Shown here piece by piece: positions 1 through 13,173 of a stretch of DNA of 64,000 bases. The notes below the pieces were generated by a model, which saw nothing but the letters and a program-made list of their open reading frames with translations, did no database searches and was not told the origin of the DNA. Both the position numbers and the translations under genes were made by a program. The stretch is from Eledone cirrhosa (lineage: Eukaryota), in assembly GCA_964016885.1 (NCBI GenBank), contig OZ024749.1, positions 5,704,001-5,768,000 on the forward strand, written 5' to 3'. The number at the start of each line of letters is the position of its first letter. The first letter of the stretch is position 1.

Positions 1-58
1 ACCTCCCTTCGGGTGGTTTTCTGCTAGCATGTGTAGTGTGTATATTGATATTATACGC

Positions 59-111
<53 letters not shown>

Positions 112-1242
112 GATATGATACATCAAATAAAATCGTAATTGACAATATATAATACACAGAAATTGAACGAAGACTGCGTTACACTGTCTTATTTAATCAG
201 TAACGTAATCGATGATACATTAAAACAGACTTGGCAGTATCGGTAGAGGGTCGGACGCCATGCTTTCCAGCATAGTTACGTCCCTTTATGATCTGAATTC
301 AAATCCCGCCGAGGTTAACTTTGCCTTTCATCCATACAGGGTCGATAAAATAAAGTACCAGTAATGTACGGTGTAATTGCTGGCCTTGTGCCAAAAGTAG
401 AAACAATTATATATAAATAAAGCATTATACTTGTTTTACCCTCCAATTTCCAATTAAACCGAACGCTATCATGACTATATATGTGTGTGTGTTTGTGTAA
501 ATTTATATGTGTGAATGTGTGTATATGTGTGAATGTGTGTATGTTTGTGTGAAAGTATATGTGTGAATGTATGTATGTTTGTGTGGAAGTATGTATGTTT
601 GTGTGAAAGTATGTGTGAATGTATGTATATGTGTGTGAAAGTATGTGTGAATGTATGTATATTTGTGTGAAAGTATGTGTGAATGTGTGTATGTTTGTGT
701 GAAAGTATGTATATTTGTGTGAAAGTATGTATGTTTGTGTGAAAGTATGTGTGAATGTATGTATATTTGTGTGAAAGTATGTGTATTTGTGTGAATTACG
801 TCCGTGAGAATGTATTTTTATAAGTTTGTGTTTGCGCAATTATAGTTATATACTCATACATATAGATGTCAGCGTGTAGAAAATCATAATCTCTCTATCT
901 CTCTCATCATACACTCTCTCTTTCTCTATATAAGGTAGTTGAAGTGGTGGTGGTGGTGGTGGCGACGATATACCGGAAGTGCAACTTTGAAAAGAAGTCA
1001 ATTTGAAATTATTTATGTTTACAAAATTATTTTTGTTTACGAAATTTAGTACATAAATTATTTAATATTTATTCATTATTTTACAACGGGATAAACAAAA
1101 AATAAACCGTACGCAATCCCGCAGACCTCCCGCTGAGGTTGACTTTGCCTTTCATCCTTACGGGGTCGATAAAATAAAGTACCAGTAATGCACTGGTTAA
1201 TTGCTGGCCTTTGCCAAAAAGTAGAAACAATTATAGTTTAGA
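1..1242 (-). mobile_element. Non-autonomous Helitron-like element (family B), interrupted by two SINEs and a microsatellite; 3' end runs off the window start
   Basis: Homologous to 48164-48656 and 28863-31273 (shared ccggaagtg, acgggataaa and ggttttctgctagcatgtgtagtg blocks). The minus-strand 5' end reads A|TCTAAACTATAA at 1242. Confidence 0.6.
228..410 (+). mobile_element. tRNA-derived SINE family A
   Basis: A-box-like TGGCAGTATCGG and B-box-like GAATTCAAATCC. Body is gcctttcatcc...gtcgataaaataaagtaccag and tail is gtagaaacaattat. About 20 copies occur in the window. Confidence 0.85.
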
Positions 1243-1277
1243 TAATGCAAGAAAGTTTGAATATAAGTATGAATGTT

Positions 1278-1981
1278 TTTAACTGGACACATGTATTATA
1301 TAACCAGGCCTATTTCAGGCAGGAGGGTATCAAATGATATGGAAGGTCTTGATATAAATATGAATATTTTAAAGTGGACACTTTTGTATTATATAACCAG
1401 GCCTATTTCAGGCAGGAGGGTATCAAATGATATGGAAGGTCTTGATATAAATATGAATATTTTAAAGTGGACACTTTTGTATTATATAACCAGGCCTATT
1501 TCAGGCAGGAGGGTATCAAATGATATGGAAGGTCTTGATATAAATATGAATATTTTAAAGTGGACACTTTTGTATTATATAACCAGGCCTATTTCAGGCA
1601 GGAGGGTATCAAATGATATGGAAGGTCTTGATATAAATATGAATATTTTAAAGTGGACACTTTTGTATTATATAACCAGGCCTATTTCAGGCAGGAGGGT
1701 ATCAAATGATATGGAAGGTCTTGATATAAATATGAATATTTTAAAGTGGACACTTTTGTATTATATAACCAGGCCTATTTCAGGCAGGAGGGTATCAAAT
1801 GATATGGAAGGTCTTGATATAAATATGAATATTTTAAAGTGGACACTTTTGTATTATATAACCAGGCCTATTTCAGGCAGGAGGGTATCAAATGGTATGG
1901 AAGGTCTTGATATAAATATGAATATTTTAAAGTGGACACTTTTGTATTATATAACCAGGCCTATTTCAGGCAGGAGGGTAT
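1278..1981. repeat. 102-bp tandem minisatellite, ~7 near-identical copies
   Basis: The unit tattatataaccaggcctatttcaggcaggagggtatcaaatgatatgg... repeats every 102 bp, giving the 34-aa periodic ORF 1273..2037. Confidence 0.95.
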
Positions 1982-2059
1982 TGGGAAGTAAGAGAGAGGT
2001 AAACAAAAGAAGTACTTCATATGTAAATATACATTAGTTGTTGAAGTGACCTCTGAACG

Positions 2060-2280
2060 GCTGTCCTCCACCTCCAACTAACTTGCCCTCTGCCATTCGG
2101 TCCCGGCCGACAGGATGGAGAATGCATTGTCCCGTAGGATGGCGAGATAGATGCACAGAGACAGCCACTCCACCTCGTGAGGCTCACAGCTGAGGGTAGC
2201 CAACTCTGCTCTAATAACAGTGAGTAAGGGTGTGGTCCAGGGGCAAAGAACACCGCCAGAAGTCTCCACATGTATTTAGT
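2060..2280 (-). mobile_element. 3' fragment of a CRE-like RLE non-LTR retrotransposon
   Basis: Translation METSGGVLCP...EVEWLSLCIYLAILRDNAFSIL resembles the ETxG...QRxSxAxxRGNAxSI C-terminus of CRE-type elements. A homologous copy lies at 50785-50970. Confidence 0.55.
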
Positions 2281-2404
2281 CAACTTAAACGTCCACATAG
2301 AGCTGGTCAACGATGATAGACCAGGGAGGGGGGTCTAGTGGCCCTCACAGTTGAGAACAGAAACAAGATAGACATAAAGATGACAACAGGAGGCAGAAGA
2401 AGCA

Positions 2405-2597
2405 TTAATTGTTTCTACTTTTGGCACAAGGCCAGCAATTACCCAGTGCATCACTGGTACTTTATTTTATCGACCCCGTAAGAATGAAAGGCAAAGTTAA
2501 CCTCGGCGGTATTTGAACTCAGACCATAAAGAGCCGTAACTCTTTGCCGCAAAACATGGCGTCCGACCCTCTACCCATACTGCTAATCCACCACCCT
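2405..2597 (-). mobile_element. SINE family A
   Basis: Reverse complement of the family A consensus. Confidence 0.85.
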
Positions 2598-2913
2598 TAG
2601 GCAGAAGAAGCATTAATAAGATGAAAAAATAAAAACACTGGCAGCTATAAAGCAGGCAAAAGATTCTGTTATTGGTGACAAAAGTATTAACCCATTGATT
2701 GAGAGAGCTGTGAGTGCATATGTTCTGCTATCCCATAAACCAGACAGGGATAATAGATAACTAGCAAGAAAATCAGACATTTTCTTAAAGTTTGCAGACA
2801 AAAATGAATAAATAAATATCTAAAATTCGAGAAAAGAGTTTCATCAGGTCAGAACATACCCCAGTGTCATGTAGTGTTAAGCAGAGCTGAGAGGTCAAGA
2901 TAAGACACTAGTC

Positions 2914-3242
2914 CAGAGGTTCTCAAACATTTGGGGCCACTGCCCCCTCATGACCCCGTAATACCCTCAGCACCCACTACCCCTATTTCCAGAGAGATCT
3001 GCCTACATGGAAATTATGAATAATATATAATAAATAAAATCATCAATTTATATATAACAAATAATATAATATATACTATGAATAAATAAATAATTTATAT
3101 TTTTTATTTTGCTATATGTATATATAATATGTATCATTTGATATTTAATATACTATTATATCATCTCTACTGTCCCCTTAGACCCCACTGGACCTTCTCA
3201 ATGACCCCTAGAGGATGGTAGCACCCATTTTGAGAACCTCTG
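2914..3242. mobile_element. hAT-type (Charlie/MER5-like) MITE
   Basis: TIRs CAGAGGTTCTCAAA / TTTGAGAACCTCTG with an 8-bp TSD cactagtc / ccctagtc (7/8 match). Confidence 0.75.
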
Positions 3243-3342
3243 CCCTAGTCCATTTCATAGTTAATGTCTGACACAAGCCTTGATACCCATCAAGTCATAA
3301 CATATAACCACCTTATGTGGTGTTCAACAGCTAAGAGTTTAA

Positions 3343-3564
3343 CCCCTTACCCTTTACATTACTCTATAATTACTATTGTATATTCATGGTAAAGGCTTTA
3401 TCTCACATAATTATCTCACATAATATCGAATTTATGAGATTTTGATATTATTTATTTTGAGAACAATACCTTAACATTGGTATGAGTGGCCAGTTAGGGC
3501 TGGTTTGAACAGAAAGATGTGAGAGAATTCTGGCCGGATATGGCTGGTTTTTAATGCTAAAGGG
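3343..3564. mobile_element. piggyBac-type MITE (TTAA family)
   Basis: TTAA|CCCC...AATGCTAAAGGG ends; body shared with the copies at 56511-56730 and 58275-58696. Confidence 0.7.
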
Positions 3565-3574
3565 CGAAGGTAGG

Positions 3575-3972
3575 ACACTAATCCATTTCATAGTTAATGT
3601 CTCACACAAATCCTAACACCCATCATGTGATAACATATACCCACCTCATGTGGTGTTCAACAACTGATAGTTTAAGATATGACACTAGCACATAACAGGG
3701 TCAACCATGGTCCCTTTCATAGTTAATGTCTCACACAAATCGGAACACCCATCATGTGATAACATATACCCACCACATGTGGTGTTCAACAACTGATAGT
3801 TTAAGATATGACACTAGCACATAACAGGGTCAACCATGGTCCCTTTCATAGTTAATGTCTCACACAAATCCTAACACCCATCATGCGATAACATATACCC
3901 ACCACATGTGGTGTTCAACAACTGATAGTTTAAGATATGACACTAGCACATAACAGGGTCAACCATGGTCCC
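3575..3972. repeat. 129-bp tandem repeat, ~3 copies, with older interrupted units upstream
   Basis: tagttaatgtctcacacaaatc recurs at 3591, 3720 and 3849. Related pieces lie at ~2855-2913 and 3250-3340. Confidence 0.85.
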
Positions 3973-4784
3973 AAGCCTAGAGACTCATCAGGTCATAACA
4001 TGTCAAAACAAGTGTTTTGCTCAAGAACACAACACACAACCCAGCCCAGGAATCGCACCCAATGTTGGTCATAAGTCCAACGTTCTTACCACTAGGCCAC
4101 TTGCCTCCACTATTTTGCTCCAGAACACAAGACACAATCCAGTCCAGGAATTGAACACACAAGGTTATGCTCATAAGTCCAACATCATTACCACTAGGTC
4201 ACATGCTTCCATGTATTCATTACAAAGCAGACAAGAATTACCATATTATCAGAAATAAAAAAAAATGATTTAGAAAATACATGCCGGATGGAAATATACA
4301 GCAATATGAGACATATGTATTGCAAGATGGCTCCTTTAAAATGTTCCAGTCCTTTAGTAATGGGTTGCAATAACAATTCCTAAAGTCATTTTCATATTTA
4401 GAACACACACACATATATATATATAATGATATAAATAGAAGTATGTATACGTACATACATATAGGATACAGACGTACAGTGGTATGTATATATATACGTA
4501 CATACATATATGGATACAGACTAACAGTGGTATGTATATATATACGTACATACATATAGGATACAGACGTACAGTGGTATGTATATATATACGTACATAC
4601 ATATATGGATACAGACGTACAGTGGTATGTATATATATACATACATGCACACACATATATATGTACGTGTGGATTTACCGAGCATTTATTATAATGCTCG
4701 GTTTGTTTGTAAACAAACATCCCGAATTAAGCCGTACAGTTTTTAGCAACCATCGTTGCCGTTTTCTTCAACACTGACAAAGGA

Positions 4785-4827
4785 ACAATGTACTAGTTTC
4801 AAGCTTATTAGCTATCGCCAGCACCGT
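4785..4827 (-). ncRNA. Minimal type I hammerhead ribozyme with one core substitution (PLE type)
   Basis: Minus strand reads acggtg CTGGCGA t agct aata agct t GAAA CTAG TA cattgt: stem I 6 bp, stem II agct/agct, palindromic stem III ACTAGT. The sister copy at 46061-46097 reads TTGACGA, so the consensus is CTGACGA. Confidence 0.6.
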
Positions 4828-5183
4828 ATACCTTCCTGCCAGATGATTGAACGTCTGAAAGTATATACTTTCCTTATGCATATTAACGGCCGTACTAAGA
4901 GTGAGAAATGAAATTTCGTTTCATTTTTTCCATATAATTATATACATACATACCTATAGACTATACATACATAATACAAATATACATACATGCATACATA
5001 CATAAATTCATTCAAGCATACATACATAATACATACATACATGCATACATACATACATACATACATACATACATACATACATACATACATACATACATAA
5101 ATGCATACATGCATACATACATAAATGCATACATGCATACATACATACATACATACATAAATACATACATGCATACATACATA

Positions 5184-5449
5184 CAAGTACAATCCATTAA
5201 TGGAACAGTAAAAATATGTAAAACATTCCAAAAATGTTGCATCTAATAACTGCATATACACATGTACAGATACAAAGCACATGCACACATCCACACATAC
5301 AATAACATCCATATCTACACATGCATGCATACATAGATATCTACCTAGTTGATGTTGTGTAAATTCCAATGAGAGAGTCTTGTGTCTATGTTAGACACCG
5401 ACTCTCTCTCTATTGGTAAAACTTTGTGAAATTATAAAACCAGAAGAAC
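5184..5449 (+). mobile_element. 5'-truncated 3' UTR copy of the R4-like element, inside (CATA)n
   Basis: Reverse complement of 22797-23040; ends ccagaagaa|catacatacata. Confidence 0.8.
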
Positions 5450-5486
5450 ATACATACATACAAACAAACATACATACATACATACA

Positions 5487-5517
<31 letters not shown>

Positions 5518-5540
5518 GTATATATACACACATATATATA

Positions 5541-6121
5541 CGGTGGCTGCCAACTCGTTTTCGAGTACGGCCACTACTTTATATCCATGTAGGAGAACCC
5601 CTACCGATGCGCTGAACGAGTGTGACTTTTTAGTCCAGTCAGCGACTTGAACACTCTGGTACAAACACTATACTTGTGACAATTATTGACACATAGTGTA
5701 CATGGTACCATGTGACGACAAGTGCATAGAGATCTCCAGACATAAAGCAATGCCTGTGCCGTGAAACTTTTATAGTGAGCAAAGGCACTGCACAAAGCCA
5801 GTCCCACTCTCTTAACCAAGATGATATTTACCAAAAAGAAGAACAAGTCAACATCATTGGATACCATCAGGGTTGCAGGTGTTATATCAGAGTTTTCCTT
5901 CTCCTAGAATTCTGCCTTGACAAAGGCTAAGGAGTCATCTCTCCCGGTGATTTTGGATGGCCATTGACTTTTAAGAGCTCCTCTGCCCTTTGACAGGTTT
6001 TGTTTTTAGTCCTGCAGGATGTCCAAAGTCACCCTCCTCACCAAGAAACCTTGGTGGGGTTGCCAGTTTAGTCGCCAACGACTCGACCATGAGACAGGTT
6101 GTACTGGGATACATGTTACCA
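5541..6121 (-). mobile_element. Bipartite non-autonomous RTE-derived element (~580 bp)
   Basis: Near-identical copies at 18116-18690, 27305-27893 and 46374-46758. Carries the RTE 5'-UTR-like motif CTAGGAGAAGGAAAACTCTG, a terminal C2H2 remnant (SVCTRVFKSLTGLKSHTRSAH*), and a ggcagccacc+(TA)n tail. Confidence 0.75.
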
Positions 6122-6481
6122 TACATACATACATACATAAATACATACATACATAGATACATACATACATACAGACAGACAGACAGACAGACAGACTATA
6201 CGTATGTCTGTGTACATTGTAGAAAAAGTGAGACAGTGAGACAGCAGTATTAGAACAATTTTCTGGCTAATCAAACAGAATTAATTACTATATACATTAA
6301 ATATAATCATTTATTTTTAATTTTTTAAAAGCAAAATTGTTAAATAATTAATTAAGAGACATAATTAATGAAGATGTATGTGAGATAGGTGTGAATAGAA
6401 GAGAAATATTGAAGGTCTCGTGTGCATTTGTTCAATATTTCATGTCCTGGCGTTGAATAGTTTGGTGGAACTATTTTTTAA

Positions 6482-7030
6482 ATCACCATCACCATCATCA
6501 CCGTCATCACCATCACCGCCACCAACACCACCATCATCACTGTCATCACCACCACCAACACCACCACCATCATCACTGTCATCACCATCACCACCACTAC
6601 CATCATCACTGTCATCACCATCACCACCAGCACCATCACTGTCATCACACTCATCATCACCATCCCCACCATCACCACCATCATCATCACTGTCATCACC
6701 ACCAACGCCACCAACACCACCATCATCACTGTCATCACCACCACCACCACTACCATCATCACTGTCATCACCATCACCACCAGCACCATCACTGTCATCA
6801 CACTCATCATCACCATCCCCACCATCACCACCATCATCATCACTGTCATCACCACCACCGCCAACAACACCACCATCATCAACCCAACCATCATCACCAC
6901 TGTCAGCATCATCAGCGTCGTCACCCACCATAGTTATCATCATCATCACCGTCATCACCACCACCACCACCACTATCAGTATCACCACCGTCATTCTCAT
7001 CACCACCACCATCATAACCCCCCCCACCGC
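6482..7030. repeat. (CAC/CAT)n low-complexity tract with internal higher-order duplication
   Basis: Trinucleotide-derived tract with ORFs in several frames on both strands. Confidence 0.9.
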
Positions 7031-9893
7031 CACTACTAATTTACAGAGTGTACCGGGTACGTTGTTTTAATGGCACCACCACCACTACTAATTTACAGGG
7101 TGTACCGGGTACGTTGTTTTAATGGCACCACCACCACTACTAATTTACAGGGTGTACCGGGTACGTTGTTTTAATGGCACCACCACCACTACTAATTTAC
7201 AGAGTGTACCGGGTACGTTGTTTTAATGGCACCACCACCACTACTAATTTACAGAGTGTACCGGGTACGTTGTTTTAATGGCACCAGCACCACTACTAAT
7301 TTACAGGGTGTACCGGGTACGTTGTTTTAATGGCACCAGCACCACTACTAATTTACAGGGTGTACCGGGTACGTTGTTTTAATGGCACCACCACCACTAC
7401 TAATTTACAGGGTGTACCGGGTACGTTGTTTTAATGGCACCACCACCACTACTAATTTACAGGGTGTACCGGGTACGTTGTTTTAATGGCACCACCACCA
7501 CTACTAATTTACAGAGTGTACCGGGTACGTTGTTTTAATGGCACCACCACCACTACTAATTTACAGGGTGTACCGGGTTCGTTGTTTTAATGGCACCACC
7601 ACCACTACTAATTTACAGGGTGTACCGGGTACGTTGTTTTAATGGCACCAGCACCACTACTAATTTACAGAGTGTACCGGGTACGTTGTTTTAATGGCAC
7701 CACCACCACTACTAATTTACAGAGTGTACCGGGTACGTTGTTTTAATGGCACCATCACCACTACTAATTTACAGAGTGTACCGGGTACGTTGTTTTAATG
7801 GCACCACCACCACTACTAATTTACAGAGTGTACCGGGTACGTTGTTTTAATGGCACCACCACCACTACTAATTTACAGAGTGTACCGGGTACGTTGTTTT
7901 AATGGCACCACCACCACTACTAATTTACAGAGTGTACCGGGTACGTTGTTTTAATGGCACCACCACCACTACTAATTTACAGGGTGTACCGGGTACGTTG
8001 TTTTAATGGCACCACCACCACTACTAATTTACAGGGTGTACCGGGTACGTTGTTTTAATGGCACCACCACCACTACTAATTTACAGAGTGTACCGGGTAC
8101 GTTGTTTTAATGGCACCACCACCACTACTAATTTACAGAGTGTACCGGGTACGTTGTTTTAATGGCACCAGCACCACTACTAATTTACAGGGTGTACCGG
8201 GTACGTTGTTTTAATGGCACCAGCACCACTACTAATTTACAGGGTGTACCGGGTACGTTGTTTTAATGGCACCACCACCACTACTAATTTACAGGGTGTA
8301 CCGGGTACGTTGTTTTAATGGCACCACCACCACTACTAATTTACAGGGTGTACCGGGTACGTTGTTTTAATGGCACCACCACCACTACTAATTTACAGAG
8401 TGTACCGGGTACGTTGTTTTAATGACACCACCACCACTACTAATTTACAGGGTGTACCGGGTACGTTGTTTTAATGGCACCACCACCACTACTAATTTAC
8501 AGGGTGTACCGGGTACGTTGTTTTAATGGCACCAGCACCACTACTAATTTACAGAGTGTACCGGGTACGTTGTTTTAATGGCACCACCACCACTACTAAT
8601 TTACAGAGTGTACCGGGTACGTTGTTTTAATGGCACCACCACCACTACTAATTTACAGACTGTACCGGGTACGTTGTTTTAATGGCACCACCACCACTAC
8701 TAATTTACAGAGTGTACCGGGTACGTTCTTTTAATGGCACCACCACCACTACTAATTTACAGAGTGTACCGGGTACGTTCTTTTAATGGCACCACCACCA
8801 CTACTAATTTACAGAGTGTACCGGGTACGTTGTTTTAATGGCACCACCACCACTACTAATTTACAGAGTGTACCGGGTACGTTGTTTTAATGGCACCACC
8901 ACCACTACTAATTTACAGAGTGTACCGGGTACGTTGTTTTAATGGCACCACCACCACTACTAATTTACAGAGTGTACCGGGTACGTTCTTTTAATGGCAC
9001 CACCACCACTACTAATTTACAGAGTGTACCGGGTACGTTGTTTTAATGGCACCACCACTACTAATTTACAGGGTGTACCGGGTACGTTGTTTTAATGGCA
9101 CCACCACTACTAATTTACAGGGTGTACCGGGTACGTTGTTTTAATGGCACCACCACCACTACTAATTTACAGTGTACCGGTTACGTTGTTTTAATGGCAC
9201 CACCACCACTACTAATTTACAGAGTGTACCGGGTACGTTGTTTTAATGGCACCACCACCACTACTAATTTACAGGGTGTACCGGGTACGTTGTTTTAATG
9301 GCACCACCACTACTAATTTACAGGGTGTACCGGGTACGTTGTTTTAATGGCACCACCACCACTACTAATTTACAGAGTGTACCGGGTACGTTCTTTTAAT
9401 GGCACCACCACCACTACTAATTTACAGGGTGTACCGGGTACGTTGTTTTAATGGCACCACTACTACTAATTTACAGAGTGTACCGGGTACGTTGTTTTAA
9501 TGGCACCACTACCACTACTAATTTACAGAGTGTACCGGGTACGTTGTTTTAATGGCACCACCACCACTACTAATTTACAGAGTGTACCGGGTACGTTCTT
9601 TTAATGGCACCACCGCCACTACTAATTTACAGGGTGTACCGGGTACGTTGTTTTAATGGCACCACTACTACTAATTTACAGAGTGTACCGGGTACGTTGT
9701 TTTAATGGCACCACCACCACTACTAATTTACAGAGTGTACCGGGTACGTTGTTTTAATGGCACCACCACTACTAATTTACAGAGTGTACCGGGTACGTTG
9801 TTTTAATGGCACCACCACCACTACTAATTTACAGAGTGTACCGGGTACGTTCTTTTAATGGCACCACCACCACTACTAATTTACAGAGTGTAC
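7030..9893. repeat. 52-bp satellite, ~55 copies (some 49-50-bp variants)
   Basis: Unit actactaatttacag(a/g)gtgtaccgggtacgttgttttaatggcaccaccacc. Confidence 0.97.
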
Positions 9894-10114
9894 CTACTTA
9901 CATATCTATTTGTCTTATTTATCTACCTACCTACCTACTTACCTACCTACCTACCTACCTACTTACCTACCTACCTACCTGCCTACCTACCTACCTACCC
10001 ACCCACCTACCTAGCTACCTAACTACCTACCTGCCTATCCACCCACACACCTACCTACCTACCAATCTACCTACCTACCTACCTACCTACCTACCTACCT
10101 ACTTACCCACTCAC

Positions 10115-10890
10115 CCTCGGAGAGAAAGGCATCTGTCCTCAGCCGTCTCAATCTCGTCCACCATATAACCTCTTTCACCATAGCCACTATAGTAAAACAG
10201 CCTCTCTTTCGTTTTTGAAAGACGTTGGCGGTTTGATCCTTACTATGGATTCGGCAGTCACTTGGACTTGTCTCATACGCTACAGCAGTTGTTCTACGTA
10301 GTTCCACAGGTCGGTTACGCCCGGGCAGTGTTCAATTGCGTGTAGGACGGTTTCGATACCCTGCTCGCATCTTGGACACGTCCTCTTGGAAGGATTTCTG
10401 CCGGGGCGTCCATGCCTGTAGATCTTATCTCGAACTGGTAGAGGTCCTCGGTAGCACTTACCAGGCCAGGGACCTTTGGAAGTTGTCCATAGGTCCCGGG
10501 CGGAAATTTCTACCGAACAGATGTGTGAGCTCGTCGTCTTCGACGCCCAGAGTCTCTCCGAGCACGTTGTCGTACTTATGACGTACTAACCTTCTATAGA
10601 AGTGGAGTCTCCACTGATTGCTGTGCCCGCTTGACAGAGGACTGTGAGCACCTGAGCGCATTCAATGTGCTAGGCGCCCATTTTCTTCGGTCTCCGCTTG
10701 ACCCTGGACTGCAGCTCCGTCAGCGAGACAAGTTGCGGAAAGGCCTGTCTCACAAACGGCGCCCACACCGGTTGATCGGTGAGAAATACCTGGAGATGCC
10801 GTAACAACCTCAGCGCATGTTTACGCATCATCAGCCACGGCATGCCCAGTCCTCCGTTGGAAGGGTGCTGACAACAGACGGATCTCTTCG
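10115..10890 (-). mobile_element. Tx1/L1-type non-LTR retrotransposon, ORF2 C-terminal fragment (degraded)
   Basis: Minus-strand peptides PSNGGLGMPWL and the zf-RVT-like CCHC motif CPRCEQGIETVLHAIEHCP (~10320-10380). GC-rich relative to flanks. Confidence 0.7.
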
Positions 10891-10909
10891 ATAGATATAT
10901 AGATAGATA

Positions 10910-11250
10910 TATTTCTTTATTTGCCACTAGGGCACAAGAGAAAGGGACAAATACACAGGGGGGGGGGGGGGGAGATAGATAGATAGATAAATAGATAGAT
11001 CGATAGATAGATATGTTTCTTTTATTTGCCATCGGGGCATCAACAGTGGGACAAATACAATGGGGGGAGTTTACAAAACAAGGCGTCCTCAATAAGAGGA
11101 GGCAATAACAAAATATAAAAATAAAATAAAATATAACAGAATAAAATATATAACAAAATCCTCAATAGAGAGGAGGCGCCTTGGGGGGTCGCACACACCC
11201 CCGAAAAAAGTGTGCAACCCTTTTCCTCGGGAGCACAGAGAAGGGGTGCT
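10910..11250 (-). mobile_element. Two short retroelement 3' ends in a (GATA)n array
   Basis: gtatttgtccc...tggcaaataaa(a)gaaa followed by (TATC)n on the minus strand occurs twice (~10911 and ~11015). Confidence 0.55.
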
Positions 11251-11337
<87 letters not shown>

Positions 11338-11953
11338 GATCGATAGATAGATAGATAAGCAGATAGATCGATAGATAAATATATAGATAAATATATAGAT
11401 AGATAGATATAAGATGGTCATTGTAAATTAATGATGATTACTAAAAATATGTAATAAAATAGTTGTAATTGATTTAAATGAAAGTAAAATTAGATGGAGA
11501 GTTGAGCAGACGAAATACAATGAGACAAACATATTTACAGAGATTGTGTTAAGAAAATAATTATTAATTTAAAACTTATATTAATCTCACTATTTTTGGT
11601 GGGGATGATGTAACTGTATATATATCATGTACGAGGGTGGGTGTAGAAATGTATATATATAATGTATGTGCATATATATATATATATAATGTACGTGTAT
11701 AAATATATATATTTATATATGTATATATATTTATATATATAATGTACGTGCATAAATATATATATATATTTATATATATATATATATATTTATACACGTA
11801 CGTTATATATATTTATATATATATATATTTATACACGTACGTTATATATATTTATATATATATATATATAACGTACGTGTATAAATATATATATATATAT
11901 AAATGTGTGTGTGTGTGTATAAATATATATATAAATGTGTGTGTGTGTGTGTG

Positions 11954-11994
<41 letters not shown>

Positions 11995-12038
11995 CATCTA
12001 TTTTGTATAGATTCAAACAAATATATTTCTATATTTAA

Positions 12039-12086
<48 letters not shown>

Positions 12087-12199
12087 AATGAGATTTTAAT
12101 AATGTTTTGAGTTATGGAAACAAGCTCTCTTGAAAGTGTAGCACATCAATCATAGTGACATGAAAGATACCTGATTGTTTGGGAAGTATGGTGAGGTGA

Positions 12200-12712
12200 A
12201 CATCACAGTCATACAGCCACAATCACAGAATCACACATCCACAATCACACAGTAACACAATCACACTGTCACACAGTCAGACAATCACACAATCACACAG
12301 TCACACAGTCACACAGTCAGACAGTCAGACAATCACACAGTCACACAATCACACAGTCACACAATCAAATACCCACAATCACACAGTCACACAGTCACAC
12401 AATCAAACACCCACAATCACACAGTCACACACCCACAATCACACAGTCACACAGTCACACAATCACAGTCACACAATCACACAGTCACAGTCACACAGTC
12501 ACACAATCACAGTCACACAATCACACAATCAAACAATCACACAGTTACACAATCACACACCCACAATCACAATATCACACAGAACACAATCACAGTCAGA
12601 CAATCACACAATCACACACCCACAATCACACAGTCACCCAGTCACTCAGTCACACAGTCACACAGTCACACAGTCACACAGTCACACAATCACACAGTCA
12701 CACACCCACACA
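12200..12712. repeat. cacacagt/cacacaat low-complexity satellite
   Basis: Direct inspection. Confidence 0.9.
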
Positions 12713-12793
12713 CTTGTACGTTCTCTGTATGATTATTTATTCAAGTACAGTAGGTGTTATACACCTATGGTCATATGCCTGTCATTATCTAAG

Positions 12794-12869
<76 letters not shown>

Positions 12870-12891
12870 TATATATAATATATAATATATA

Positions 12892-12960
<69 letters not shown>

Positions 12961-13003
12961 GTATATGTATGCATATAATGTATATATATATATATATATA
13001 TAT

Positions 13004-13044
<41 letters not shown>

Positions 13045-13131
13045 ACATGGATCAAAGTTCTGTTCAGGGTTTAAAATATATATAACTATAAAAAGTTTTA
13101 GTATATACATAACCGTAAATAGTATCCTTAA

Positions 13132-13169
<38 letters not shown>

Positions 13170-13173
<4 letters not shown>

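Noticed and set aside
6420-7070. Pro/Ser extensin-like and Asp/Gly-rich ORFs
   Set aside because: Trinucleotide low-complexity sequence that is open in multiple frames.
7030-9893. CRISPR-like array with a palindromic repeat
   Set aside because: The units are contiguous with no unique spacers, there are no cas genes, and the context is eukaryotic.
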